A stretch of 63,612 nt of DNA, the filler included. It is 10 parts of 10 records of this genome, joined end to end, with 100 filler letters (N's around TTAATTAATTAA, not from the genome) between each part and the next. Parts side by side here need not be neighbours in the genome. Positions count along the whole stretch, not along the records: positions 22,784 to 27,714 come from SRR7504441_12460; positions 27,815 to 31,834 come from SRR7504441_12465; positions 31,935 to 36,483 come from SRR7504441_12478; 7 more parts are not named here. One strand, given 5' to 3'. The notes beneath the pieces are model-generated. The model was not told where the DNA came from, did not search any database, and saw only the letters and a program-made list of their open reading frames with translations. Shown here piece after piece: positions 22,784-35,088 of this stretch. The position numbers and the translations under genes were made by a program. Every line of letters begins with the position of its first letter. Position 1 is the stretch's first letter.

Positions 22784-25169
22784 CAAGGCCGGAACACCCC
22801 AGGCCGACTCGCACCACCCAACGCCCCAAGTTCGAGCCGCGTGAGGTGCCCGAGCGCAAGCCGAGCTACCCAGCCTCGGACCGGCCGCGCACGAAGGGTA
22901 GCTGGCCCGGCCGGGGCCCTGTGTGAGACGGCTGCAGTGCATGACGGCAAGAGCATGCCAGGATCCTACGAACTTGACCCAACCGACCAAGTCGGCCCCA
23001 ACGGCCAGCGGGTACTCTCCAGCCTGCACGCCCCCTGGCACGCCTCGACCGGCTCGCCTGTCCGCGCGTACCCGATGCCTCAGCGGGCGGCCCGCGCGGG
23101 CGAGAAGCCTGCCTGGGACCCTTCACCACGGTGAGCCGGCCGCCGAGCGAGCGCTGAGCGGGGGCAGGCGGCGGATGTGGGTGGGCGAGAAGTCGCGCGG
23201 GCGGCGGCAGGCGGGGGCCAAGTCTGTGGAGGACCAGGGGTTTGCTAAGCTGTTTGGGATGACAATGGACAAGATCCGGGCAGCGGCCTATCAGAGCGCT
23301 GGCGGAAAGCTGGACCTGGAGAAGGTGTTCAGGGATATAGACCTGGACGGGAACGGGGTGCTCGACAAGGAAGAGCTCGGGCTGGCCTGCGAGAGCTTCG
23401 GGATCCGGCTGCAGCCGCACGAGCTGGACGTGATCTTCACGTTTTTCGACCGCGACGGCGACGGGGTCGAGTACGGCGAGTTCAGCTGGGTCTTCTACAA
23501 CCGTAGGATGCTCGAAAAGGGCGAGAGCGGCTGGGCGGCTCAGAGCAGCGGGGCCACCGAGGCTGGGACCGACCAGGGGCTCTCTCAGGTCATGGCGGAG
23601 CTCAACAGGCAGCGGGCAGAGAGTAAGAGGCAGCGAGCGGCCCAGCAGAGTGCAGCCGAGCCGCAAGGCAGTCTCAAGGAAAGGATCGCCGCGCGCGAGC
23701 TCTCCGGGGCGGCCGCGCTCGAGATCATCAAGGGCGTGTTCGACAAGATCGCCGGCTCGTTCGCGGAGGGGAGCCAGGTGGACCTTAAGGCGGCTTTTGA
23801 GGAGTTTGATTCCGACGGGAACGGCACGCTGGACCAGCAGGAGCTCAACACCGTGCTCACAAACCTGGGAGTCTCGGTCAGCCCGATGGAGATGTCGCTC
23901 GTGATGAAACACTTTGACAAGGACGGTTCCGGCGAGATCGAGTACGGCGAGTTTGCCTGGACCTATTTCAACCGCAGGAACCTGGCAGCGTTTGGCGGGC
24001 CCAGTGACCGGCCTAAGCGACAGCTGCTCGAAGATGTGTCTGATCAGCCCGCGGCCGCCCAGCCGGAGCAGCCGGCCGAACGGTCTGACGATCCTGGCGC
24101 GCTGTTCAAGCAGGCGATGGACAAGATCCAGCAGGAGGCCCGTCGGCCCAGGAAGCAGGGCGTGAGTGGGCTGGTGAGCCAGGCACCGACGCTCGACCTC
24201 AAGCGAGTGTTCGATCAGTACGATACGGACGAGTCCGGGTTTATTGATAAAGTCGAGTTTGCAGCTATGATGAACCAGATGGGCATCCAGCTCTCCGAGC
24301 AGGAGATCCACGCAGTCTTCCTCAAGTTCGACCGAGACGGCGGCGGTGTCGAGTACGGCGAATTCGAACGAGCCTTCTACGACCGGCGCAACCTCAGCAA
24401 GACGGAAGCCAAGCCTGAAACACAGGTGGTCAAGAGGCAGGGCACGCTGGCCAGCTCGCGGGCGGAGCATATTGTGCGCGATCCGAGCTACGTTGTGACG
24501 GTGAGCAGTCAGAAGTTTATGCGTACGTACGACAACTCGCCGATGGGCATCTTTGAGTGCGCGATGGACAAGATCCGCGACAAGGCGACCGACCGGAGTG
24601 GCAAGAAGCTAAACCTCAAGAAGATCTTCGAGGAATTCGACACCGACCACGGCGGCACCGTCGACCGGCAGGAGCTTCAGGCCGCGCTCCGACAGATGCA
24701 GGTCCAGTTGAGCCCAACTGAATTTGACACCGTGTATTCGATGTTTGACCGAGATGGCGGCGGGATCGAGTATGGAGAGTTCTGCTGGTGCTTCTACAAC
24801 CGCCGGGTGCTCTCGTCCGGCAACGCGGCTTGGTGCGACCCGACCGGGAGCGGCGAGCTGACGGTCAAGAAGGAGAAGCCGCGGGTGGGCGATGCGCGGT
24901 TCAGGCACTGGTACGAGAAGGAGATGCAGGCGCTGGGTGAGGAGCGCAGGAAGGCCGAGCGGATTGAGAAGCAACAACGGCAGCTCAGGCGGCAGGCCGA
25001 GCAGCAACGGCAGCAGATGCGGGCGCAAGCCATCCACTCGGGCGGGCCACTGCAGCCCAAGGCCAAGCCAGATTGGGTCCCGAGTGGTACCAGCCGAATC
25101 CCGCCGAGGCAGTTTGGGTACCCACACGACGACAAGTTCTTGGTGAGCCCGCTGGAGCAAGGCTACTAA
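22784..25169 (+). CDS. Multi-EF-hand protein with four tandem EF-pair modules, 5'-partial
   Basis: Loops DLDGNGVLDKEE, DSDGNGTLDQQE, DTDESGFIDKVE, DTDHGGTVDRQE; each module ends EYGEF...(Y/F)(N/D)RR. Confidence 0.9.
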
Positions 25170-25208
25170 ATAATAATTGACCAACGTGAGTGATTGAATT
25201 GACTAGTA

Positions 25209-25959
25209 TCATTTACTCTGGCGTATAACAATCAGCGTTATCTTGACAAAGTGTTTCAGCTCGACCCCGTCCGGGTGGCAGAGCGCCCTTAGTTCGATCT
25301 TGTTCTCCGGCAGCGTGAGCTGGTCCACTCGGCCACACAGCTGCTCCAGCCACCCCCAGAACTCTTCCCACGGCCTGATCGGCGCACCCCCGAACGACCG
25401 CCCCGCCTCGTCCACAAACGCTGCCCGGAGATTAGGCGCGCCTCGCAGGGCAGCCCACCGCGGCACAGCATGCACACCTGCACCGCCGCCGCGAAGCCCT
25501 CGAACTCGACCCCGGCGCGCGGCCTGGGCGGTGCCAGCAGCTGCCCGGCCGTCAGCCCGGCCGCCGAGCCGGCTGCCTGCTCGAGCTCTGGCGCCTGCTC
25601 GCCGGCCAACCTTCGGATTAGCCCGGCCAGCTCCTCCTCTGGCACCAGCCTCTTGTCGCCTGCCCGCGCTGGCCCAAAACAGCCGACCGCGCACCGTCGC
25701 AGACGGCCAGCGCGTCGTAGGCGCCGGCTAGGTTGTCCAGGAAGCCGGGCCGGCCGATCTCGGTGGAACTGACCAGCCCGTGCGCCCGCTCCTGCTTCGA
25801 GCTCCCCTGGGCCGCCCGCCCGAAAAAGTCTCGCGCAAACGCGATCGGCCGGGCCGGCCGGTTGCGCAGCAGCTCGGCCAGCAGCTGCTCCAGCGCCGCC
25901 CCGGCCCCGCTACGGTGTAGGTACTCCTCGTTGGTCAAGCTTCCGTCTCGCCGGGCCAT
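25209..25959 (-). CDS. TPGS1-like protein (tubulin polyglutamylase complex subunit 1) with RIIa/Dpy-30-like docking domain
   Basis: EEYLHRSG...LLAELLRNRPARPIAFARDFF and FLDNLAGAYDAL; two introns (35 and 38 nt). Confidence 0.65.
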
Positions 25960-25980
25960 CGTGAGAAGCCGTTACTCGGC

Positions 25981-26265
25981 ATGGTGGAGCGCCGGACGCC
26001 GGAGCAGGCGGCGGCGCTGCGGCAGCGGCGGGAGACGGAGCGTGGGCTGATGGCCCAGCTGGGCGACCGGGAGTACTGCGAGCGGGCCGGGCTGCTCCAG
26101 CCGGTGCCCAGGACAGCCCCCACTAAGTCGGCCGGACGGCGCGGCCGGCGAGTCGAGCAGGCGAAGCCGCGCTCGGCGCTCTGGCTGCGGGTGGCGCTCG
26201 TGTTCCTCTCCGTGTGCACGGCCCTAATGGTTTGCTCGCTGCTGTACTCGCTTTCGAACAGCTAG
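25981..26265 (+). CDS. Small tail-anchored hypothetical membrane protein
   Basis: ATG-initiated ORF with C-terminal hydrophobic helix, followed by AT-rich DNA. Confidence 0.5.
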   Translation: MVERRTPEQAAALRQRRETERGLMAQLGDREYCERAGLLQPVPRTAPTKSAGRRGRRVEQAKPRSALWLRVALVFLSVCTALMVCSLLYSLSNS

Positions 26266-26335
26266 CTGTATTGTCCAATAATAACTAATTGAAAGCAGCG
26301 CCACTTAATACGAGTAGTTCTTATCCCCGATTCAA

Positions 26336-27245
26336 TTATAACTTCGGCTTGAGCGGGCGGATTAGGGCCTCCTGGGTGATCGTGACCACCATCTCCCCGC
26401 TCTTATTATATACCTCGGTCCGGGCCAGCCCGCGGGCCCCGGCGCTGACCGTAGTCCTGGTATGGAACAGCAGCCAACTGTCCACTTCAAACTCGCGGTG
26501 AAAGTGCATCGAGTGATCGAGCGACAGGCTCATCCGGAACCGCTCCCGCCCGCCGTGCGGCTCTCGTATTGTGTTGACCATCTGCGAATCCGACAGCCAG
26601 GCGAGCACCGCCTGGTGTGCGTACCGGGGCAGCTGGCCGATATGCCTGACCCAGAACATGTTCCACCAACGGCCGGACCCAACTAGCAGAGACTCGGTCG
26701 ACCCGTGCACGTCCGCCCCAGTCAACGGCTCTGGCACCGCCCCGGCCTGGATCAGCTGCTCGGGTGAAGGCACTTTTTCGAGCCCGCGGGCCCGGGCTGT
26801 CTGCCAAAAGTACCGGCCTGGGGTCTGGAAGACTGGGCCTGGCTCCGAGGTGTGGAATGAAGCCTGCGCCAGCTGAGCCCAGGGCCGGGCGGGCGGCACT
26901 CACCGTCAGCACAAATAATACGCGGTTCCGCTGCAGCGCCTTTACGGTCCTCGTAGCAAATGAGCGGCCGTCGCGGACTCGATCCACGTCAAAAAGCAGC
27001 TCCACACCGGACTCGCCGGCCAAGATAAAGTACCCATGCAGCGAGTGCAGCCGGAGCTGGTCGGGCACGGTGCGCTGGGCGGCTACCACCGATTGCGCGA
27101 GTACGTGGCCGCCGAAGAGCTGACCCCACGGCGTCTTAGTCTGGTCTCGGCCTCGGAAGATGTCGCATTGAGCTATGTGGTCCAGGCGCAGCCGGTCGTA
27201 CAGAGATGCAGGCGTCTGCCCGCCGCCAGCAGCGCCGCCGGCCAT
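26336..27245 (-). CDS. Acyl-CoA thioesterase II (TesB/ACOT8), C-terminal PKL
   Basis: LFGGHVLAQS, LHSLHGYF, RDGRSFATR, SLDHSMHFH, ITQEALIR; 40-nt intron LT|ASFH. Confidence 0.93.
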
Positions 27246-27814
27246 GTCCAGCAGCAATCTACGAGCAAAGACCGAGTCCCCGCACTGCCGCGCAGCAGCC
27301 GTGAATGTCAACGGCAACGAGCTCGTTAACGTGTTGCCAGCTGACATGGTTCCTAACTCACACTAACTCACACCAACAGTCACGGCGGTGAAGCTAAGAC
27401 GCTGATTACGTAATCGGTTTAATACTCGAGTGCGTGCCCGGGTGAACGAATGTGTCATGAAGCTAACGAAGGTACGGTACACGATTGTAGGTTAGCCATC
27501 GTGAACAAGTGGGTGTCAAGGTCGACTCCACCATGAGTGTAAGTGATCACCACCTTGTGTAATCGGAAATTTGCTCCGTGGCTGGCGCTTCTTGCTTGCT
27601 CGAAAGGGTATGCTTGGGCAGCTTATTCATCCCAAGAGCCTCGTCTCGGCAGAGCATTTGCACCATGTCAGCCCCTGTTATTGGGCTGGCCAAATTTGAC
27701 ACATACTCGAATTCNNNNNNNNNNNNNNNNNNNNNNNNNNNNNNNNNNNNNNNNNNNNTTAATTAATTAANNNNNNNNNNNNNNNNNNNNNNNNNNNNNN
27801 NNNNNNNNNNNNNN

Positions 27815-28002
27815 GCGTGCCGCTGGAGCAGGTGGCTCAGCAGCGCGTTTTTCTGGTCGTATCGCTGCTTGAAGCCCATGATCCGGCTGGCCTGGGCCTC
27901 GGTGCAGTGCTGGTCGATCAGGACTGCCTGCTCGGTCTCCTCCAGGTCCGAACGCTCGTTGTTGACGATCCACAGCTGCTGGCAGACATCTCGAGCAGAC
28001 AT
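27815..28002 (-). CDS. N-terminus of Sfp/AASDHPPT-type 4'-phosphopantetheinyl transferase, truncated by contig end
   Basis: EAQASRIMGFKQRYDQKNALLSHLLQR resembles the E..RI.RF....D.K..L...LL.R motif. Confidence 0.6.
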
Positions 28003-28129
28003 CTCGAGCTGCGCTGCGTATACGCGAGCCCAGAGTCAAGATGTCTTGACTTCGTCTAACGGTCTTGAGATCACCGGCAACGTTCGCCCCAAGATCTACT
28101 GGTAGACTGTGAGCGTGAGGTGCCCCAGT

Positions 28130-30029
28130 ATGCGCCGGGCGGCCGACTACGTGATTGTGGGCGCGGGCAGCGCGGGGTGCGTGCTGGCCAACCGGCTGTC
28201 TGCCTCCGGGGCATCGGTGCTGCTGCTCGAGTCTGGCAGCGCCGGGGGGGAGGCCTCCCCCTCTCGGCCGGCCCTGATCTCCCGGCTGCCCACGGCCCTG
28301 GCGCTGCCAATGCACTTTGAGGGTTACAACTGGGGCTACTCTGCTGAGCCGGAGGGCGCGCTCAACGGCAAGCGGATCACCTGTCCTCGCGGGCGCGGGC
28401 TCGGCGGCTCGTCTGCGATCAACGGGATGGTGTATGTCCGTGGGCACGACCGCGACTTCGACAGCTGGGACCGGGGTTTTGGCGGCCAGGGCGGCTGGGC
28501 GGCGGCTGACGTGCTGCCCTACTTCCGGCGGATGGAGGCCGTGTGTGATCTGACGGCTGAGGGCGATGCGGCTGACCGCTGCCTGGACCGGCGGGGGCGA
28601 ACCGGCCCTCTGCAAGTGAGCCACGGCCGGAACGCGCTGGGGACGCCGCTGTACGATGCGTTTGTCAAGGCCGGGCACGAGGCGGGGTACGGTTCGACTT
28701 ACGACTACAATGGGTGCAGACAGGAAGGCCTCTCTAAGATGCCTATGACGGTCGGGACTTGGCGGGGCTGCTGGGCCTGACAGCCGAGGGCAGGTCTTCC
28801 ACTCGGGTCCAAACAAAGGCGAGCGGGCGTCGTGCCGGGCGGCTTACCTAGAGCCCGCGATCGCAGGGCACAGCTCACTCAGTGTGCAGACCGACGCGCA
28901 TGTGAGACGGATTGTGTGGGAGGAGAGCGATGCCGGTGCTCGCGCGACTGGCGTCGAGTTTGGATTGCCCGACGGCACCACCCAGCTGGCGGTGGCGAAT
29001 AAGGAGGTGGTGCTGTCGGCTGGGGCCGTGGCCAGCCCGCTGCTGCTCCAGTTATCGGGCGTGGGGCCACCGGGGCTCTTGGCCGAGCTCGGTGTGCCAA
29101 TGGTCAACAGATTGGACGGTGTCGGGGCCAACTTGCAGGACCATCTAGAGGTCTACCAGAGCTACGAAGTGACAGCTCCGGTCTCGCTGGCGCCGCACCT
29201 CAGCTTGATGGGCAAGGGCACGCTGGGGGCCTACTGGCTCTGCACAAAGGAAGGGCTCGGGGCAACCAACCACTTTGAGGTCGGCGGATTCGTGCGGTCT
29301 CGCGCAGGAGTTGAGGCGCCCGATGTTCAGGTCCACTCTCCAGCCGGGCTGCTAGCTGACTGCTAGGGGTAGATACACTTCCTCCCGATCGGCATGTCGT
29401 ATGACGGTGTCACGTTGGCGCCGAGCAAGACTGGGCACTCGATGCAGATGCACGTAGGCTACAACAAGTCGCCCTCCCGGGGCACCGTTCGCCCGAGGGG
29501 GCCCGTGGCACCCGGGGCAGTGGTGGACCCTGCGATTCAGTTCAACTACATGTCCACGGAGGAAGACTGGCGCGGGTTCAGAGCTGCTATCAGGATCGCT
29601 CGAGAGATTGTGGCACAGCCGGCGTTTGAAGGGCTGTGTGGCGATGAGATCTCGCCGGGCGCGCTTGCCCAGAGCGACGCTCAGCTGGACGAGTATCTCA
29701 AGGAGCATCTTGAGTCTGCTTACCACCCGTGCGGGACTTGCAAGATGGGGCCAGCTACCGACCCGAGCGCTGTGGTCGGGGCCGACGGGGCGGTGCATGG
29801 CGTCAGCGGTCTGCGGGTGGTGGACGCATCCATTTTCCCCGAGATCCCGAACGGCAATCTGAATGCGCCGACCATCATGACGGCCGAGAAGATGGCAGAC
29901 CACATCCTCGGGGTGCAAGCGCTTGCACCGGATCGTGCCCAGGCTGATGCGAGCTGGGTAGACCCCGAATGGAGAACAAGGCAGCGCGAGAGGGAGCCTT
30001 TGGTCAAAACCTGGGACGGCAAGTTCTGA
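28130..30029 (+). CDS. betA: Choline dehydrogenase (BetA/CHDH-like GMC oxidoreductase)
   Basis: GAGSAGCVLANRL, GGSSAINGMVYVRG, GANLQDHLE, SAYHPCGTCKMG, NGNLNAPTIM; introns 28751-28793 and 29331-29372. Confidence 0.92.
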
Positions 30030-30414
30030 TATCGATTGGTCCAACTATCGTCCAACCACACATTGTCACTGTTCACACAATCATATTACGAGTACGCTTG
30101 CAACTTAATAAAAGTACGCGGTGTAGATCTACATGTAAGTCAAACTTGTACTAATAACCCATAATCTATACTCACAATATGCTAGTTCAGTCTGAGTCAG
30201 TATTCCCGCCTAAACACGCGGGAACGCGTCGAGACTTGGGGCGGTTACTCAAACAACTCTCGGCGTGACCGTGCCATTCTTGAAGCAGGCGGGACAACTA
30301 GTTACTCTTTTATTTAGTAAGCTTATAGCACTTACTTGCTAGATAGTATATAGCACTGAAATAAGTTACAGCACTTCCGATTGCTTTGTAATTGCTTTGA
30401 GCGGAACAGAGCGG

Positions 30415-31834
30415 TTAGCAGATCCATGCAGTGGCGTGGTACACCGGCATGATGCAGGCCATCCAGCCGAGCACCAGGAACAATCCGAACGGCCCGACCA
30501 TTCGCTCCTTTTGGAACGGCCACCGCCAGCTCATCCTGTCACCAGACAGCTTGCAGACCAGAAGCGCCACCACCGGGGGCGAGTAGGCCACCACTGCCGC
30601 TACCAGCTGGCCGATTGGGACCCCGGCCCAGCTGTCCAGCCTGGCCGGACCCTGGTTGAGCAGGGCTGCCCACCCGACAAGCACGAACAAGGCCATCCAA
30701 TACGCCGAGTACACGCCATGGTCCCAGCTGGCAGGCCAGCCGAGGTAGCCTTGAGGAGACCACTCCTTCTTCTTGGCCGGCTCCTTCTTGTCAGCGTACT
30801 CGCCCTTGTACTCGGTCGAGGTACCAAGCTGCTCCCGGAACGTGCCAAAGAATTGATCAATGAAAGCCGACGAGGGCGAACCGTAGTTGCATTCAAACTT
30901 GGCGTGGTGCACATAGTGGTACTGGTCGGCCTGGAAGTGATCCTCCCAGCCGGAGTGGCCGGCGCCCGGCGCGATCGTGAGGTGGATGAAGTTCCATTGG
31001 AAGATGAGAGGGCTGAGGCAGCTCAGGTAGAGTGACGGTGTGAACGCGTTGCTGAAGTAGTACAAGTGCTCCACCGGGTGCATGGTCATCCCCGAGAACG
31101 GCTCCGGGTCGGCGTTCCGGTGGTGGAGCGAGTGCACGTACTTGTAGACCGCTCGGATGTGGATAAACCTGTGTGCGATGTAGAAGTGCAGGTCGCGCCA
31201 CAGCGGAATCGCGAGCACCCAGCACAGGTTGACCGCCAGCAGCCAGGGGCTAGCCAGGAGCTGCTGGTCGGACACGAACGGCACCAGCCCGGTGGCCCAG
31301 AGCCGGACCATCACTGCTTCCCACCTGAGAACTCCATGTCAATCGAGCCGCATTAGGGGGGCACCAGGTCCACTGGACGATAGCCAGGCTCCAGTAGAAC
31401 ATGTTGTGCGCCATGTTGCCCATAGTGGGCCAGACCTTCTCGCGGTACTTGCGCTCGGACATCCCGAACCAGTACAGCCCCACATAGAAGAAGCCGTAGT
31501 ACACCAACGCCACCGCGTAGTTCAGGCCGAAGCGCGGCAGGATCCAGCTTAGCGCCAGCCCCTGTTCGCGGGCCTGCGCGATCGGGTATGGCGCCAGCAG
31601 GTGGAACCCGAGCGCCATCGCGAACCAGACCAAGTTGGGCGACATCACAAAGTACTTGAGCGAGCCAACAGCCCGAGCGGTGGCTGACAGGCCCAAGGTC
31701 TCGGTCTGGGCTGTGTGCCCGGGCGGGCGGGTGGGGTCGACCCAGTCCGGAGTGGCCCGGAAGACCCCTTTCGAGCTCACCCCGGCCAGCCCGTCCGGCC
31801 ATCCGGTCGCGAAGGTGCCCTTGCCAGTTCCGCG
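30415..31834 (-). CDS. Fatty-acid hydroxylase/sterol C5-desaturase family membrane protein, 5'-partial
   Basis: His boxes HFYIAHRFIH, HSLHH, HYVHHAKF; MHPVE; 40-nt intron WTW|WEAV. Confidence 0.88.
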
Positions 31835-31934
31835 NNNNNNNNNNNNNNNNNNNNNNNNNNNNNNNNNNNNNNNNNNNNTTAATTAATTAANNNNNNNNNN
31901 NNNNNNNNNNNNNNNNNNNNNNNNNNNNNNNNNN

Positions 31935-32252
31935 TGTGGCGAGTCACCCGATCGCCTGCCTCTCGTCGTCTGCAGTCAGCCCGGAGGCCTCTCGCTGCAG
32001 CTCCACCTTGATCTCCTCCCGCAGCCGGTCGCTGATCCGCTCCGTCACCCTGCTGATCAGCTCCTCTGGCCGACCGCGGACCACCCCAGCCTGCCTCGAT
32101 GGCGGCTTGTCCTCGAAGCAGCTCGGCACGTAGTCACACTCGCTGGCCATCTGCTGTGTGACCGCCTCACGATCCTTCTCGACCGCGCGCTGTGCCATCC
32201 ACTGTTTGCGGATCTCCTCCCGCTGACGCCTGATCGCGGCGGGGTCGGTCAT
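31935..32252 (-). CDS. Hypothetical coiled-coil protein, truncated by contig end
   Basis: ATG 32252 (MTDPAAIRRQREEIRKQW), divergent from the next gene. Confidence 0.5.
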
Positions 32253-32406
32253 CCCGCTCTGACGGCAGCCGATCAACGCAGCTCCGGAGCGGGGACACAC
32301 CAGCGTGCCGGAGCTGCACAGCGCACCGGGTCCCCGTCCAAGGCCCAGGTTGCGGATTCCAGTGTGATTGATTTCAGGCTGTCTCGAGCGCGTGCTCCCG
32401 GCCAGC

Positions 32407-34866
32407 ATGGTGCTGCTGTGCTCTCTGGGCGGTGCCGGGGAGCTGTTCAAGTCGCAGGGGTTCATCCCGCCCAAGGCCCTGGTCAAGGTGGACAGCAAGC
32501 CGGTCCTGTTCTGGGTGTTTGACCAGCTGCTGGCCACCGCCAGCCCGGGCGACCTGGTGTGCATCCCGCACCTTCCGGTATACGACAGCTTCAACCTTCG
32601 CGGGCTGCTGGAGGAGCGCTACCCGACCATCACGTTCGAGCTGGTCCGGCTGGATGTGCCCACCCGCGGGCAGGCCGAGACCATCCTGTGCGCACTGGAT
32701 CGGCTGCTCGAGCTGCATCCCGGATGCGACGAGCCGGTGTTCTGCATGGACTGCGATAAGTTCATCACGATGGACAACCTGATGCAGGCCTGGGGAGGGG
32801 CTAACAAGGTGTTCGCCTGCCGGGATGAGCAGTCCGAGCCGATTTACGCGTACTTGGAGGTGGCCGACGGCTCCGATAAGATCGTCAAGGTCTCCGCGAA
32901 GCAAAAGATTTCGGACCTGGCCAGCTGCGGAGCGTGCGGGTTTGCCTCGATGCAGGCGCTGCACCAGTACTGCACCCAGCTGGTCGGGCAGGCTGCTGAC
33001 GGCGAGATGTACTTGTCGCACGTGATCCAGCTGATGATTGACAGCTCTGAGGACTTTAGGGTGGCTGTGGTGCCCAACAAGCACTACTTCTCGCTGTGGA
33101 GCCCAGACCTGGTGGAGCGGTTCCAGCGGTGCTTCCTGATGGACCTGGACGGCACGCTGGTGTGGACCGACCACATCTATGTCAGAGTGTGGGAGCAGCT
33201 TCTCCAGGAGTTTGGGCTCTCTGTGGATGTGGACTTCTTCAAAAATTTCATCCAAGGCCACAGCGACCTGGGATTCCTGAAGTATCTGATGCCCACCATT
33301 CAGGAGAGCCAGATTCGGGAAATCTCACAGCGGAAAGACCAGAAATTTATTGAAATACTCAACGAGACAAAGGAAGATGTATTGATTCCAGGCGTCAAGT
33401 CGTTCTTCCAGCAACTGAAGAACTCTAAGGTGGCGGTAGTCACAAGCTGCAACCGCGCAGTTGCTGAATTCTTGCTGGAATACACCGGGCTGGATGATTA
33501 TATCAATATTCTGGTCGCAGCTGAGGATGTCACCGAGCATAAGCCCAACCCTGCGCCATACCAGAAAGCCATGGAGCTGCTCGAGGTGAATGCGGAGCGG
33601 TGCTTCGTGTTCGAGGATTCCATGTCGGGCTACACCGCCGGCATCCATGCTGGGCCCAGCAAGGTATGTGTGTTCACTACATCCAATACAAAGTCAGACC
33701 TGCTGAGTTCTGCGTCCTTCAAGTTTGACTCGTACGCGAGCTTGTCCTATGCTGCGGTTGTGAAGCAGGAGGATGAGCCTGGATCACCGAAGCATGAAGG
33801 AGTGGAGCAATTCATTCCAGTGATAAAACAGTGCCTGGTGGGGGCGCCAGTCAAGGCAGTCACATTGAATGACGAGACCCTCAAAACAGGATATATTTGT
33901 GACATCAACGCCTTCACGCTGCTTTATAACAATCACTCGAAGAAGTCAATTGTGCTGAAGATTAGTAACCTAGGCAATGAACTGTCCAAAGTGGCGGAGA
34001 AGCTCGACATGTACAACAACGAGGCTTTCTTTTATGTCAATCTCAGCTCATTGATGACTGGGGTGATAGCTGTTCCGGAATGCATGGGCAGTTTCGAGCA
34101 GGGTGGCAAGATAGGGATTTTACTGTCTGACCTTCGCTCCGTTGGGGGTCAATTCGATATGGACTTGAGCAAGAATGTGTCAATGCTGCTCAAGGTTGTC
34201 CACGAAGTGCATAAGATGCACTCAACCTACTATTTCCATGATGCCTTCGAGTTGATTGCTCCAATGCAGTCGCTACGGACTATCAACAAGATCACCTACT
34301 ATGAGCAGCTGGTCAGCGAACGATTCGACAAGTTCGCAAGCAGGAACAGCATATTCCTTCAGCCAGGGCAACTGGAAAAACTGACCGCCATCAGAACAAA
34401 CTACAAAAAGATTCTTGACCTGCAGTCAAGCTACCCGCTGAGCTTCTGTCATGGGGACTTGAAGAGTCCAAACCTCTTCTATCCCACTAACGGTGGTTCG
34501 CCATACTTTCTAGACTGGCAGTACATCCACCTGAACAAAGGCGTCAGTGACATTGTGTTTCTTCTCGTTGAGAGCCTTGATTTCAACCAGCGGGTTGTTT
34601 CCTTGGTGGAGAACTACTACTTCCAGCTGTGGAGTGAGGTAGACAAGACTCTTGACTATGAGAAGTACATCTTTGATTTCAAGTGCGCGCTATGCATTTT
34701 CCCATTCTTTGTCATGGTATGGTTCAACAGTGAGGACAGTGACAAACTGCTCGACAAGTCGTTTCCAATTCGCTTTATGAAAAAGCTGATGGAATACTAT
34801 GACCACTACATTGATGACGCGTTCTTGCAGCAGCTAGAGGCCAATAGTCCCGCAGTCGAGCTCTAA
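32407..34866 (+). CDS. Intronless three-domain fusion: nucleotidyltransferase-like + HAD phosphatase + choline/aminoglycoside-kinase-like
   Basis: GGAGELF...PPKAL...KPVL, TRGQAET, DCD; DLDGTL, KPNPAPY, FEDS; HGDLKSPN, LDWQY. Confidence 0.88.
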   Translation: MVLLCSLGGAGELFKSQGFIPPKALVKVDSKPVLFWVFDQLLATASPGDLVCIPHLPVYDSFNLRGLLEERYPTITFELVRLDVPTRGQAETILCALDRLLELHPGCDEPVFCMDCDKFITMDNLMQAWGGANKVFACRDEQSEPIYAYLEVADGSDKIVKVSAKQKISDLASCGACGFASMQALHQYCTQLVGQAADGEMYLSHVIQLMIDSSEDFRVAVVPNKHYFSLWSPDLVERFQRCFLMDLDGTLVWTDHIYVRVWEQLLQEFGLSVDVDFFKNFIQGHSDLGFLKYLMPTIQESQIREISQRKDQKFIEILNETKEDVLIPGVKSFFQQLKNSKVAVVTSCNRAVAEFLLEYTGLDDYINILVAAEDVTEHKPNPAPYQKAMELLEVNAERCFVFEDSMSGYTAGIHAGPSKVCVFTTSNTKSDLLSSASFKFDSYASLSYAAVVKQEDEPGSPKHEGVEQFIPVIKQCLVGAPVKAVTLNDETLKTGYICDINAFTLLYNNHSKKSIVLKISNLGNELSKVAEKLDMYNNEAFFYVNLSSLMTGVIAVPECMGSFEQGGKIGILLSDLRSVGGQFDMDLSKNVSMLLKVVHEVHKMHSTYYFHDAFELIAPMQSLRTINKITYYEQLVSERFDKFASRNSIFLQPGQLEKLTAIRTNYKKILDLQSSYPLSFCHGDLKSPNLFYPTNGGSPYFLDWQYIHLNKGVSDIVFLLVESLDFNQRVVSLVENYYFQLWSEVDKTLDYEKYIFDFKCALCIFPFFVMVWFNSEDSDKLLDKSFPIRFMKKLMEYYDHYIDDAFLQQLEANSPAVEL

Positions 34867-35088
34867 TTCTCGATACGTTTAGGGTACGTTTAACCTTGTG
34901 ACAAACATCGAAATTTTGATACAAGTAGTAATAAATACTAAATAAGACTTACACAAAGAAGCTTGCTAGAATTTATTCAATGACATTCATTTTGTTGAGA
35001 TCCTCATACAAATTGCACTACAGCTATACTGCGTCAGTCTTGGTGCTTAGGTTGGGTCGCAAGAGGATGCAGCCTTACGTCTATCACA

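Noticed and set aside
12358-24470. Long antisense or alternate-frame ORFs such as 12358-13620(+), 22866-24470(-) and 21281-21898(+)
   Set aside because: Shadow ORFs expected at high GC, overlapping well-supported genes, with no recognisable motifs
27984-28009. 13-nt tandem duplication AGACATCTCGAGC over the PPTase start
   Set aside because: Isolated local duplication with only two copies; no array or mobile element context
28109-30029. In-frame stops and frameshifts in conserved genes suggesting an alternative genetic code, editing or mass pseudogenisation
   Set aside because: Apart from IFT172 and the 17308 TGA, all cases examined resolve as ~40-nt GT/GC-AG introns; TAA, TAG and TGA all terminate genes
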